This document shows positions 50,843 to 61,986 of a stretch of DNA of 64,000 bases, in pieces (positions within the stretch are counted from its first letter, which is position 1; each line of letters starts with the position of its first letter). A program made the translations under genes and the position numbers. Below the pieces are notes generated by a model. The model searched no databases, was not told the DNA's origin, and was given only the letters and a program-made list of their open reading frames with translations. The stretch spans positions 96,001 through 160,000 of the forward strand of contig JAXGNU010000001.1 in NCBI GenBank assembly GCA_040767805.1, read 5' to 3'. The stretch comes from Thermovirgaceae bacterium. GTDB lineage: Bacteria > Synergistota > Synergistia > Synergistales > Thermovirgaceae.

Positions 50843-52573
50843 CTATTCCCCTTTCTGATGGGAAAACCCGAGTTTCGTGAGTATCACCTGGTAGACGAAA
50901 AGAGGGAGGCGGCGCACCCGGCTCCACCGCCAGGGTTCCTGGATGAGCCTGAAAAGCCACTCGAGCCCCGCCTTCTGCAAGTAAAGGGGCGCCCTTTTAA
51001 GGTTGCCGGAGATGACATCGAAGCTGCCCCCCACGCCAATGGAAATGGTACCCGGCAGCAGGCGGTGATGTTCGGACATCCAGGCCTCTTGTCTCGGCAC
51101 CCCCATCCCCACGAAGATGAAACGGGATCCGGAATCCCTGATCTCTTCCAGCAGGCTCCCCGTATCGGAAGCATCGAGATAGCCGTGCCTCACGCCGCCG
51201 ACCAACAGACCGGGGTACAGGTTTTTCAGGTTTTCGGCGGCCTTTTCGGCTACACCCGGGGCGCCCCCTAGGAGGAAAACCGGCCAGCCCTCCATCGAGG
51301 CTAAACGGCACATCCGCTCGACAAACTCAACGCCCGGTACCCTTTGGACCGAGGGGGCCCCCAGGAAGCCCAGGGCCCAGGTCAAACCCTTGCCGTCGGG
51401 GAGGACCAGGTCGGCGCCGGCGACGATCTCCCTGAAACGCCCATCCTCCTTGGCCCTCAGCGCGGAGAGGGCGTCAAGGGTCACGAAATAGCGGCCCGGC
51501 CCCCCCTGGAGGATCAGCGACCTGGTCCTGCCCAGGGCGTAATCGGCCGAAATACTGTCGACTGGCGTCCCCCAGAGGGAGGAACGGTTCGGGGTGGGTC
51601 TTTTCCTTCCTGTGGAGACGACGAAAAGGAAACCGCCGAGCAGGATCGTCGAGGAAAGGAGGGCCGCCAGGGCCATATTCTCGTCCCTCAACTGGAAGCT
51701 CGCCACGGCGGCACCCATGACAGCGCATAGCGAACCCACCGAACGGACGGCCGGCGTATGGTCCATGCCCCGGCTCACCAGCCTCCTGTAAAGGAAGAGG
51801 GAGCCCTGGGAACGGGAGGAAAAGGTCCGGCTGACGATATTGACGGAGGCCTCTACCATCGGTATGGCAAAAAGGCCGAGGGGGATGAGCATGAGGGTGG
51901 AAAAGGTCACGCCCTTGCTGACGCCCATGATGGAAGTGCCGGCGATCAGGGTGCCCCACAGGGCCGCCACGGGTTCGCCAAGGCGTTGATAAGAGTGACC
52001 GTGACGGCTCCAGAAGACGGCCAGTATGGAGACACCCACAAGGGTCATATAGAAGGCGCCCTGGATATGCTGCTTGGAAAGGCCGGTGACGATGAGCATC
52101 ACTATCCAGGATACGGCGGAGAGGAAACCCGCCAGGCCGGGTACCTGGTCCATCTCCTGCAGAAGGAGCGGGAACAGGCCGACCCACAGGGCCGTGGCCA
52201 GCAGCGAGGAGTACCGGTTGAGGAAGAGGTAACTGCCCCCGGGGAATCCGATGAAGGATATGCCCAACCCCAGGGAGGCGAAGACGAGGCCGATGCCGAA
52301 GAAACCCAGGGGCCAGGGCATCTTCGGGTTGACCCTCTGGCCGACGCCTAGGATGGCCGACAAGAGGCCCATGGCCACCACGAGCCGCACCGAGGGGTCG
52401 GGGGACCAGACCCCGCATATACCCCACGCCGCCAGTAGGCATACATCCTTAAGGTACTGGTACTGGTCTCTCTCCAGGGTCACCTTCGATACCCTCTGGA
52501 CCGCGAAAAAGAAGACGAAGATCGAAAGTGAAAGGAGCACCATACCCTGGAGCTCATGGACACCCGCGGCCAT
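50843..52573 (-). CDS. Fusion of a degenerate MraY/WecA-like membrane domain and a WecG/TagA/CpsF glycosyltransferase
   Basis: C-terminal LVLPDG, RVPGVE, HGY, VGMGVPRQE, GVGGSFD, RAP and GLEWLFRL motifs. N-terminal multi-TM domain with MraY-like layout. Confidence 0.88.
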   Translation of the reverse strand: MAAGVHELQGMVLLSLSIFVFFFAVQRVSKVTLERDQYQYLKDVCLLAAWGICGVWSPDPSVRLVVAMGLLSAILGVGQRVNPKMPWPLGFFGIGLVFASLGLGISFIGFPGGSYLFLNRYSSLLATALWVGLFPLLLQEMDQVPGLAGFLSAVSWIVMLIVTGLSKQHIQGAFYMTLVGVSILAVFWSRHGHSYQRLGEPVAALWGTLIAGTSIMGVSKGVTFSTLMLIPLGLFAIPMVEASVNIVSRTFSSRSQGSLFLYRRLVSRGMDHTPAVRSVGSLCAVMGAAVASFQLRDENMALAALLSSTILLGGFLFVVSTGRKRPTPNRSSLWGTPVDSISADYALGRTRSLILQGGPGRYFVTLDALSALRAKEDGRFREIVAGADLVLPDGKGLTWALGFLGAPSVQRVPGVEFVERMCRLASMEGWPVFLLGGAPGVAEKAAENLKNLYPGLLVGGVRHGYLDASDTGSLLEEIRDSGSRFIFVGMGVPRQEAWMSEHHRLLPGTISIGVGGSFDVISGNLKRAPLYLQKAGLEWLFRLIQEPWRWSRVRRLPLFVYQVILTKLGFSHQKGE

Positions 52574-52650
52574 AAAACGCCCTCCCCGATGGAATAACCC
52601 TCATCGCCGTCAAAAACCGTTTCCGGGGCCAGGAGCGGCATTCCGCCATG

Positions 52651-52680
52651 ATTTTAGCATGAAAAGAACCCGAAGTTGAA
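52651..52680 (-). promoter_or_regulatory. Candidate promoter for the tagA-fusion/CBS/V-ATPase operon
   Basis: TTCAAC-18-TAAAAT with a TG extension. Confidence 0.55.
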
Positions 52681-52688
52681 AATGAGGA

Positions 52689-54451
<1,763 letters not shown>

Positions 54452-54494
54452 AGCGTATCACTTCCCCCTTTTCGATTTATGCCCCACCGGCGGT

Positions 54495-55760
54495 CTAGCC
54501 GATGATGTCCTTCAAATGGAGCATGTGGCCCAGTTTATTCTCCTTTGTTTCAAGGTACTTTTCGTTGAAGGCGTTGGGGGAGATGACAAGGGGGATCCTG
54601 TCCACCACTTCAAGGCCGTGCCCCTCGAGACCTATGATCTTCCTGGGGTTGTTCGTGATGAGCCTGATCCTTTTCAGGCCGAGGTCGGAGAGGATCTGGG
54701 CGCCGATCCCGTAGTCCCTGAGGTCGGGCTTGTAACCCAGGGCCTCGTTGGCCTCCACCGTGTCGAGCCCTTTCTCCTGCAGTTCGTAGGCGTGGAGTTT
54801 CTCCAGTAACCCTATCCCCCGCCCCTCCTGCCTCATGTACAGCAAGACCCCGTTCCCCTCGCCCTCGATCATTCTCAAGGCGGTCTTCAACTGCGGCCCG
54901 CAGTCGCACCGCAGGGAGCCCAGGGCATCCCCGGTCAGGCATTCGGAATGGACCCTCACAAGGGTCGCCCTTTCCGGGGAGATATTCCCTTTCACCAGGG
55001 CCAGGTGCACCTTGTCGCCGCTCTCATCCAGCACGGAGACATATGCGTGGGCGACGAAATCGCCGTATTCCGTCGGCAGGTTCACGACCGCGACCTTCTC
55101 CACCAGTTTTTCCTTCTTGTTCCTGTACCGGATGAGTGCCTCGATGGTGATGATCTTTAGCCCGTGAAGTTCAGCGAATTCCACCAGGTCGGGGAAGCGG
55201 GCCATGGATCCGTCGTCCTTCATGATCTCGCATATGGCGCCCACGGGCGACCTCCCGGCCAGCCTGGCCAGGTCCACGGCGGCCTCGGTATGGCCTGCCC
55301 TTTTCAGAACCCCGCCGCAACGGGCGATCAGGGGAAACATGTGCCCCGGCCTTCGGAACATCTCCGGCGTCGCCTCGGGGGAGGCCAAAAGCCTCGCCGT
55401 GAGGGCCCTCTCGACGGCCGATATGCCCGTGGTGACGCCATCCCGGGCGTCGACGCTCACGGTGAAGGCCGTAGAGTGCGGGTCGGTGTTCTCCCTGACC
55501 ATGGGCTCGAGGTTCAGCCTCCTCGCAACCTTCTCATCCATGGGGACGCAAACGAGGCCCCTTCCCCGGGAGACCATGAAGTTTATGCTCTCCGCGTCAG
55601 CCGATTCGGCGGCCATCACCAGGTCGCCCTCGTTCTCCCGGGATTCGTCGTCCACCACAATGACCATCCCGCCGCTGCGGATTATCTCTATGGCCTCCTC
55701 CACGGTCGTGGAGGCCCTTTCGATTTCGGCCTTATCACGATCTGCTTCAGCAACTCCCAT
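54495..55760 (-). CDS. ribBA: DHBP synthase / GTP cyclohydrolase II
   Basis: [32 protein letters not shown] and QEGRGIG motifs. Confidence 0.98.
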   Translation of the reverse strand: MGVAEADRDKAEIERASTTVEEAIEIIRSGGMVIVVDDESRENEGDLVMAAESADAESINFMVSRGRGLVCVPMDEKVARRLNLEPMVRENTDPHSTAFTVSVDARDGVTTGISAVERALTARLLASPEATPEMFRRPGHMFPLIARCGGVLKRAGHTEAAVDLARLAGRSPVGAICEIMKDDGSMARFPDLVEFAELHGLKIITIEALIRYRNKKEKLVEKVAVVNLPTEYGDFVAHAYVSVLDESGDKVHLALVKGNISPERATLVRVHSECLTGDALGSLRCDCGPQLKTALRMIEGEGNGVLLYMRQEGRGIGLLEKLHAYELQEKGLDTVEANEALGYKPDLRDYGIGAQILSDLGLKRIRLITNNPRKIIGLEGHGLEVVDRIPLVISPNAFNEKYLETKENKLGHMLHLKDIIG

Positions 55761-56408
55761 TCAAGACCATCCCATTTCTGCCAAAATGTCCAAGGTCAGC
55801 CCCCCGTCGGGGGACAAGGCCCTCTTTTCGAGAAGATTCACCAGGTATTTTGATAGTATATCGTACTCCACGTTCACCGGGTCGCCTACCCGGAGATCTC
55901 CCAGCGTCGTGGCGGCCAGTGTCTCGGGTATGAGCCCGACCCGGAACCGCCCCGCTTCGCTGGAGATGACCGTCAGGCTGACCCCCTGGACGGCGATGGA
56001 CCCCTTTCTCGCCACGAAGCGCGCGCCCTCCGGAGGGAGGCTGAAGTCCAGTTCCCTGCTCAGCCCCAGGTCCGCGAGGCCGACCACTCGGGAGACCAGG
56101 TCCACGTGGCCGGTGACGATATGCCCCTCGAGCCGTCCCGAGGCGGGCATGGCCCTCTCCAGGTTGACGCGGTAGCCGGGTTTTATGTTCCCCAGGATGC
56201 TATTCCCGGAGGTTTCGGGCATCATCTGCACCGTAAAACTGCCCCTCCCCTGGTCCACCACGGAAAGGCAAGCCCCCGAGACGGAGACGGAATCGCCCCT
56301 TTTCAACTCCCAGTCGAGGGGGACCCCCCCTATACCAAGTTCAACGACCTCGCCGCTCCTTTTAAAGCCGGTTACCCTCGCCGTGCACTCAACCAGTCCC
56401 GTGAACAT
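55761..56408 (-). CDS. ribE: Riboflavin synthase alpha subunit
   Basis: MFTG N-terminus, GACLSV, GHIVTGHVD and KGSIAVQGVSLT motifs. Confidence 0.96.
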   Translation of the reverse strand: MFTGLVECTARVTGFKRSGEVVELGIGGVPLDWELKRGDSVSVSGACLSVVDQGRGSFTVQMMPETSGNSILGNIKPGYRVNLERAMPASGRLEGHIVTGHVDLVSRVVGLADLGLSRELDFSLPPEGARFVARKGSIAVQGVSLTVISSEAGRFRVGLIPETLAATTLGDLRVGDPVNVEYDILSKYLVNLLEKRALSPDGGLTLDILAEMGWS

Positions 56409-57493
56409 GGGTTGACCCCCTCCAGCCAAAGATCGCCGTCGAGGTCCCTGGTGCTCTCGACCCTGACCCCGATGGAATCGGCGAGCCTTTCAAGGACAAA
56501 ACCATCGCCGATGCCGTGCCCTTTTCCGGAAAACCTCGGCGAGACGAAAAGGGCGATCCCGTCAAAAAGCCTCCGGGCCAGGAATGATCCCAGTACGCCG
56601 GGGCCGCCTTCGACAAGCAGGTTGTTGACCCCCAGGTGGGCAAGTTTTTCCAGCACGTTTCCCAAGAGGGGTCTTCCCGTACCGTCGGCCTCGGCCTTGT
56701 AAAGTATACAACCTTTTTCCCGCAAAGCCCTCGATGCTTCACCCGGTGCTTCACGGGAGTGAAAGATGACCGTCCCCTCCCTGGCCAGGCGTGCCGATGG
56801 GGACATCCTCAGGGAAGGGTCCAGGACTACCGGTATTGGGTCCCTCCCATCGGTGTCCCTGACGGTCAGGAGGGGGTCGTCGGCGGAAACGGTGCCGATA
56901 CCCACCATGACGGCGTCGTTGGCATCCCTCAACAGGTGGCCCCTCACCCGGGAAAAGGAGTTGGTGATCCAGCGGCTCTCGCCGGAGGGCATCGCCATGT
57001 TCCCGTCGAGGGTCGCTGCCGCCTTGAGGGTGACCCAGGGGCGGTCCCGCTCGATCCTGGAGAGGAAACCACGGTTGATATACCTGCACCTATCCTCCAG
57101 TACGCCCTGGATGACCTCCACCCCGGCCTCCCTCATCATGGCGAAGCCGCCGCCGGCCGTCCTTGGATCGGGGTCGGCCATCCCCGCGACGACCCTGGCG
57201 ATGCCCGCCCCGATGACCCTGGGGGCGCAGGGGGAGGTCCTCCCGTGGTGACGGCAGGGCTCGAGGTTGACGTAAAGCGTCGCCCCCCGCGCCCTCTCAC
57301 CGGCGCGGTCCAGCGCGACCGCCTCGGCGTGGGGTCCCCCGACCTCACCGTGGTAACCCCAACCCACGAGACCGCCGGGACCAACGATCACGCACCCCAC
57401 CAGGGGGTTGGGGCTGACCCTGCCCGTCCCCCTGAGGGCGAGGCTAAGGACCGCCCTCATGTTCAAGGCATCCCTCTTCGGGTCATTCATCAT
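56372..57493 (-). CDS. ribD: Riboflavin biosynthesis deaminase/reductase
   Basis: PNPLVG, HAE, LEPCRHHGRTSPC, SRWIT and VEGG motifs. Confidence 0.97.
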   Translation of the reverse strand: MMNDPKRDALNMRAVLSLALRGTGRVSPNPLVGCVIVGPGGLVGWGYHGEVGGPHAEAVALDRAGERARGATLYVNLEPCRHHGRTSPCAPRVIGAGIARVVAGMADPDPRTAGGGFAMMREAGVEVIQGVLEDRCRYINRGFLSRIERDRPWVTLKAAATLDGNMAMPSGESRWITNSFSRVRGHLLRDANDAVMVGIGTVSADDPLLTVRDTDGRDPIPVVLDPSLRMSPSARLAREGTVIFHSREAPGEASRALREKGCILYKAEADGTGRPLLGNVLEKLAHLGVNNLLVEGGPGVLGSFLARRLFDGIALFVSPRFSGKGHGIGDGFVLERLADSIGVRVESTRDLDGDLWLEGVNPCSRDWLSARRG

Positions 57494-58928
57494 CCTGCTC
57501 CCGGCCTCCCAGGTGGCGGATTATCCTCTTCGCCGCCTCGGCGCTGACGCCCTTTACGGAAGAGACCTCTTCCGGGGTCAGTGTGGATATCCTGGCGACG
57601 CTGCCGAACCTCGAAAGGAGCCTCGAGGCGAGTATCTTGCCTATGCCCGGCACATCCTCCAGCGACGAGCGGGACATCCTCTTCCTGCCGGCCCTCCTGC
57701 TGGCGGCGATGGCAAACCGGTGGGACTCGTCCCTTACCCGCTGGAGGAGCATCAGGGCTTCGTTCTCCGGGGGCAGGCGGATCGGTTCCCCCCTCCCGGG
57801 CACGTAAAGCAGCTCCTCCCTTTTCGCGATAGCGGCCACCGGGACCTCGGCAAGGCCCAGGGCCTTGAGCGCCTCCAAGGCGAAGGAGAGCTGGCCGGGG
57901 CCGCCGTCGATCAGGATGAGTTGCGGCAAAACCCCCGACTCCTCCAGGACCCTTTTGTACCTTCTCTCCAGGACCTCCGCGATGGACCTGAAGTCATCGA
58001 TCCCCTCGACGGTGCGGATCCGGTACTTCCTGTACAGGGAGGGGTTCGGGAGGCCCTGCTCGAAAACAACGCAGACTCCGTAGGCCTCTCCGCCGGCGAA
58101 ATGGGAGATGTCGTACCCCTCGATCCTCCAGGGAAGGGTCGGAAGGGACAACACCTCCTGGAGTTGGGTAAGGCTCTTCCAGGTACCGCCATCGAGAGGG
58201 TCCGAGAAGACCATGGACACGTGCCTCCTGGACAGCCTCCAGATGGCCCTTATGGTGTCCCTGTACCTGCCGGCGGTCTCGAAGTCCATCGATGCCGCCG
58301 CCTTGTCCATCCTCTCCCTCAGCCTACCCACGAGGGAGGCGGACTGCCCCCTCAGGAGCAGGGCGATATCGGCCACCCTTTCCCGGTATTCCGATGGGTC
58401 GGCAAGCCCGGCGCAGGGCCCAAGGCACCTCCCGAGGTCGTACCTCACGCAGGGCCTGGCGGCCCACTTGCCGCCCCTGGAATCGGCCCCGCATATCCTC
58501 AACGGGAAGAACCTCTCCACGAGCCGCAGCATCTGCCGCAGTTCGCCGGCGCTCACGAAGGGTCCGATGTAGTCCGCGCCGTCCCCTTCCTCGCGGTGCC
58601 TGGTTATCACGATCCTGGGGAAGGGTTCGTCGGTGATCTTCACGTAGGGGTACCGCTCCCCCATCTTGAGGTCGATGTTGAAAAAGGGCTGGTACTGTTT
58701 TATCAGCCTCGCCTCGGTTATCAGGGCCTCCGCCTCGGTCTCCGTCCTGATGAAGGAGATATCCCTTATGGAGGAGACGAGCTTCCTGAGCCGGGGCGAC
58801 GCAAACCCCCCGTGCCTGAAATAGGACTGGACCCTTTTCCTCAGCGATTTGGCCTTGCCCACGTATATCACGGTCCTGTTCTCGTCGTGGAACAGGTAAA
58901 CGCCCGGGCGCAAGGGCAGGGACCCCAC
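57483..58928 (-). CDS. uvrC: Excinuclease ABC subunit C (compact form)
   Basis: PGVYLF...YVGKAKSLRKR (GIY-YIG), Cys-rich segment, RIEGYDISH, IDGG, RDESHRFA and a C-terminal HhH. Confidence 0.96.
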   Translation of the reverse strand: MGSLPLRPGVYLFHDENRTVIYVGKAKSLRKRVQSYFRHGGFASPRLRKLVSSIRDISFIRTETEAEALITEARLIKQYQPFFNIDLKMGERYPYVKITDEPFPRIVITRHREEGDGADYIGPFVSAGELRQMLRLVERFFPLRICGADSRGGKWAARPCVRYDLGRCLGPCAGLADPSEYRERVADIALLLRGQSASLVGRLRERMDKAAASMDFETAGRYRDTIRAIWRLSRRHVSMVFSDPLDGGTWKSLTQLQEVLSLPTLPWRIEGYDISHFAGGEAYGVCVVFEQGLPNPSLYRKYRIRTVEGIDDFRSIAEVLERRYKRVLEESGVLPQLILIDGGPGQLSFALEALKALGLAEVPVAAIAKREELLYVPGRGEPIRLPPENEALMLLQRVRDESHRFAIAASRRAGRKRMSRSSLEDVPGIGKILASRLLSRFGSVARISTLTPEEVSSVKGVSAEAAKRIIRHLGGREQDDE

Positions 58929-59031
58929 CTTTTTCTCAATGCCCCTTTTCTCCAGGTCGATCTTCCTTTCCGCCCTTCAAGGCCTCCGGCCGCGCTCCGC
59001 GCCTTCACCGGCCTCGAAGGGCTTGGACCGG

Positions 59032-59060
59032 TTGTCCACCGTCCCCCATTGGTATAGGAT
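59032..59060 (+). promoter_or_regulatory. Candidate promoter of cysS
   Basis: TTGTCC-17-TAGGAT, 40 nt before the ATG. Confidence 0.5.
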
Positions 59061-59100
59061 ACCCCTAAAGAGGTCCTTTCCCACCCTTGGAGGTGCAGCC

Positions 59101-60504
59101 ATGGCTTTGTGCTTTTACAACGACCTTACCCGCAAGAAGGAGCCCTTCGTCCCCATCGTACCGGGGAAGGTCAGTTTTTACTCCTGCGGCCCTACGGTAT
59201 ACGATTTCTTCCATATCGGCAACGCCCGCCCCTTCATAATCTTCGACGTCCTCCGCCGTTACCTGGAGGCGAAGGGGTTCGAGGTGTCCTACGTCCAGAA
59301 CTTCACCGACATCGACGACAAGATGATAAACAGGGCGGCCCAGCTTGGCATCACCGTCCGGGAACTGGCCGACCGGTTCATCGAGGCCTACTACGAGGAC
59401 GCCGACGCCCTCGGCGTGAAGCGTCCCACCTTTTCTCCCAGGGCCACCGAGTTCATCCCCGAGATCATAGGCCTGGTGAGGCGACTCGTCGAAAGGGGTC
59501 ACGGCTACGTTGTGGACGGCGACGTCTACTTCGACGTCAAATCCTTTCCCGGCTACGGCAAGCTTGCCAAGCAGTCCCTGGAAGACCTCCTTTCGGGGGC
59601 CCGCATCGAGGTGGACCCCAGGAAAAAACACCCCCTGGACTTCGCCCTCTGGAAGGGTAAAAAGGAAGGTGAGCCTTCCTGGGAGAGCCCCTGGGGCGAG
59701 GGTCGCCCGGGGTGGCACATAGAATGCAGCGCCATGGCCATGGCTCTCCTCGGCGAAACCATCGATATCCACGCCGGGGGGAGCGACCTGGTCTTCCCCC
59801 ACCACGAGAACGAGATAGCCCAGGCCGAGGCAGCCACGGGAAAACCCTTCGTGAGGTACTGGATCCATAACGGCTACATCCTCATGGACCAGGAAAAGAT
59901 GTCCAAGTCCCTGGGCAACATACTCACGGCCCGCGAGGCACGCGAGCGGTTCTCCCCATCAGCCATCAGGCTCTTCATGCTCAGCGCCCATTACAGGTCT
60001 CCCATCAGTTTTTCCGATGAAAGCTTGGGGCAGGCCGAAAGCGCGGTCGCCAGGATAAGGAACTCCTACCACGAACTGGTCAGCGCACCCGTGGGCGGGG
60101 ACGGGCCCCCCTCCGAAGGGGAGGCACTTCCGCTCGACGAGGCGCTGGAGCGTTTCAACGCCGCCCTCGACGATGATTTCAACACCGCCGGCGCCATCGG
60201 AGCCCTTTTCGAGGCCGTGAGGACCATCAACCAGGCCACGTCGGGGGGCAAAAGCATCACGTCCGCTTTCAGGGAAAAAGCCCTTTCCTTCTTCGACCAT
60301 GCCGACGGTATACTGGGGCTCGTTGAAATGACCGAAGGAGGCGACAAGAGCCTCGAGGAAGAGGTGGAGGCTCTCCTGGCGGAAAGGGAGAGGGCCCGGG
60401 CCGAGAGGGACTTCGAAAGGGCCGATTCCATAAGGGACGAACTGGCTTCCAGGGGCATCATCCTCGAGGATACCCCCCATGGGACCCGTTGGAGACGGTC
60501 CTGA
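59101..60504 (+). CDS. cysS: Cysteine--tRNA ligase
   Basis: CGPTVY...HIGN, GRPGWHIECS, FPHHENE and KMSKS motifs. GGAGGT RBS before ATG at 59101. Confidence 0.99.
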   Translation: MALCFYNDLTRKKEPFVPIVPGKVSFYSCGPTVYDFFHIGNARPFIIFDVLRRYLEAKGFEVSYVQNFTDIDDKMINRAAQLGITVRELADRFIEAYYEDADALGVKRPTFSPRATEFIPEIIGLVRRLVERGHGYVVDGDVYFDVKSFPGYGKLAKQSLEDLLSGARIEVDPRKKHPLDFALWKGKKEGEPSWESPWGEGRPGWHIECSAMAMALLGETIDIHAGGSDLVFPHHENEIAQAEAATGKPFVRYWIHNGYILMDQEKMSKSLGNILTAREARERFSPSAIRLFMLSAHYRSPISFSDESLGQAESAVARIRNSYHELVSAPVGGDGPPSEGEALPLDEALERFNAALDDDFNTAGAIGALFEAVRTINQATSGGKSITSAFREKALSFFDHADGILGLVEMTEGGDKSLEEEVEALLAERERARAERDFERADSIRDELASRGIILEDTPHGTRWRRS

Positions 60505-60544
60505 AAGGACCAGCCATGATCATCCTGTCCGGGGAAGGAAGAGC

Positions 60545-61054
60545 ATGAAGGAGACCGGCAGCCGCTACAAGAAGACCTATCCCGTTTCCTGGAGCCAGCT
60601 CCACAACGACTGCAGGGCCCTGGCCTGGAGGTTGCTGGAACTGAGGACCGACTGGGAGAGGATCATCGCCATCGCCAGGGGCGGCCTGGTCCCGGCCGCC
60701 ATCATCGCCAGGGAACTGGACATCCACTTCATCGACACCGTCTGCGTCTCCAGTTACACCGTCAGGGCGCAGGGCGGGTTCAAGGTGATCAAGAACGTAG
60801 CGGGCGACTCAGAGAGGACCCTGATCATCGACGACCTGGTCGACACGGGCAAGACCGCCAGGATCGTCAGGGAGATGCTCCCCCTGAGCCATTTCGCCAC
60901 GGTCTACGCCAAGCCCGACGGGAGGCCCCTCACCGACACCTACATCACCGAAGTGAGCCAGGAGACCTGGATACTCTTCCCCTGGGACTCCGAACCCCAG
61001 TACCAGTACATCGACCCCATAGCGGACCTTTCAAGGAACGGCCGAAAAGGGTGA
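60545..61054 (+). CDS. gpt: Xanthine(-guanine) phosphoribosyltransferase
   Basis: VSW.QLH...RALA, ARGGLVP, IIDDLVDTGKT and TWILFPWD motifs. Confidence 0.93.
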   Translation: MKETGSRYKKTYPVSWSQLHNDCRALAWRLLELRTDWERIIAIARGGLVPAAIIARELDIHFIDTVCVSSYTVRAQGGFKVIKNVAGDSERTLIIDDLVDTGKTARIVREMLPLSHFATVYAKPDGRPLTDTYITEVSQETWILFPWDSEPQYQYIDPIADLSRNGRKG

Positions 61055-61055
61055 A

Positions 61056-61985
61056 TCAGGTCCTCTCCTCCCGCGAATAGGGCACCCCGAGGGCTCCTGG
61101 GGAGCCCAAGAGGATCCCCTTTCCCTTTTTCACCGATATGGCCAGCAGGACGAGGATGGTGAAAATATAGGGCATCATCATCAGGATCGGGGCGGGGAAA
61201 CTGGTCCCCGCCGCCTGTATCCTCAGCTGCATCGCGCCGACGCCCCCGAAAAGGTAGGAACCCAGGATCGCCCTCACGGGGTTCCAGAGGGCGAAGATCA
61301 CCAGGGCCACGGCGATCCAGCCGCGGCCGGCGCTCATGCCCTCGCTCCACATCTTCGTGTAGGCCAGGGAGAGGTAACTCCCGCCGACGGCCGCCAGCCC
61401 GCCCCCGACCAGGGTATAGGCGTAACGCAACCGTGCGGCGCTGAGCCCCATGGCGTCGACGACTATGGGCGACTCCCCCACGGCCCTCAGGTTCAAGCCG
61501 GGCCTGGTGTGAAAGATGAACCAGTAAAGGAAGAAAGCCAGCCCGTAGGATATGTAGACCAGGGGGTCGTGGTCGAAGAACACCGGGCCGACGACGGGGA
61601 TCCCCGAGAGCACCGGCACGGGGATCTTCCCGAAACCGGTCACCGTGAGACCCACCATTTTCCTACCCAGGAGGGCGCTGGCTCCTGTCCCGAACATGGC
61701 TACGGCCAGGCCGCTCACGACCTGGTTCGCGCCGATGGAGACGGAAAGAAAGGCGTGCACCAGCGAAATGGCCGCACCCGTGACGAAGGCCGCGATGACG
61801 CCCAGCCACGGGTTACCCGTGGCATGGGTCACCGAGAACCCCATGAAGGCGCCCATGAGCATCAGCCCCTCCAGGCCAAGGTTCTGCACGCCCGACCTCT
61901 CGGTGAGGATCTCACCCAGTGTCGCGTAGAGGATGGGCGTCCCGCTCCTGACGGCGGCCGCCAGGATGGGGATGAGGACTTCCAT
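61056..61985 (-). CDS. Nucleoside/sugar ABC transporter permease (NupC-like)
   Basis: ERSGVQNLGLEG, LRAVGESP and GRGWIAVALV motifs. Confidence 0.92.
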   Translation of the reverse strand: MEVLIPILAAAVRSGTPILYATLGEILTERSGVQNLGLEGLMLMGAFMGFSVTHATGNPWLGVIAAFVTGAAISLVHAFLSVSIGANQVVSGLAVAMFGTGASALLGRKMVGLTVTGFGKIPVPVLSGIPVVGPVFFDHDPLVYISYGLAFFLYWFIFHTRPGLNLRAVGESPIVVDAMGLSAARLRYAYTLVGGGLAAVGGSYLSLAYTKMWSEGMSAGRGWIAVALVIFALWNPVRAILGSYLFGGVGAMQLRIQAAGTSFPAPILMMMPYIFTILVLLAISVKKGKGILLGSPGALGVPYSREERT

Positions 61986-61986
61986 C

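Noticed and set aside
57408..59057. 549-aa plus-strand ORF antisense to uvrC
   Set aside because: Shadow ORF expected in GC-rich coding DNA, with no recognisable motifs and fully overlapping a clear gene.
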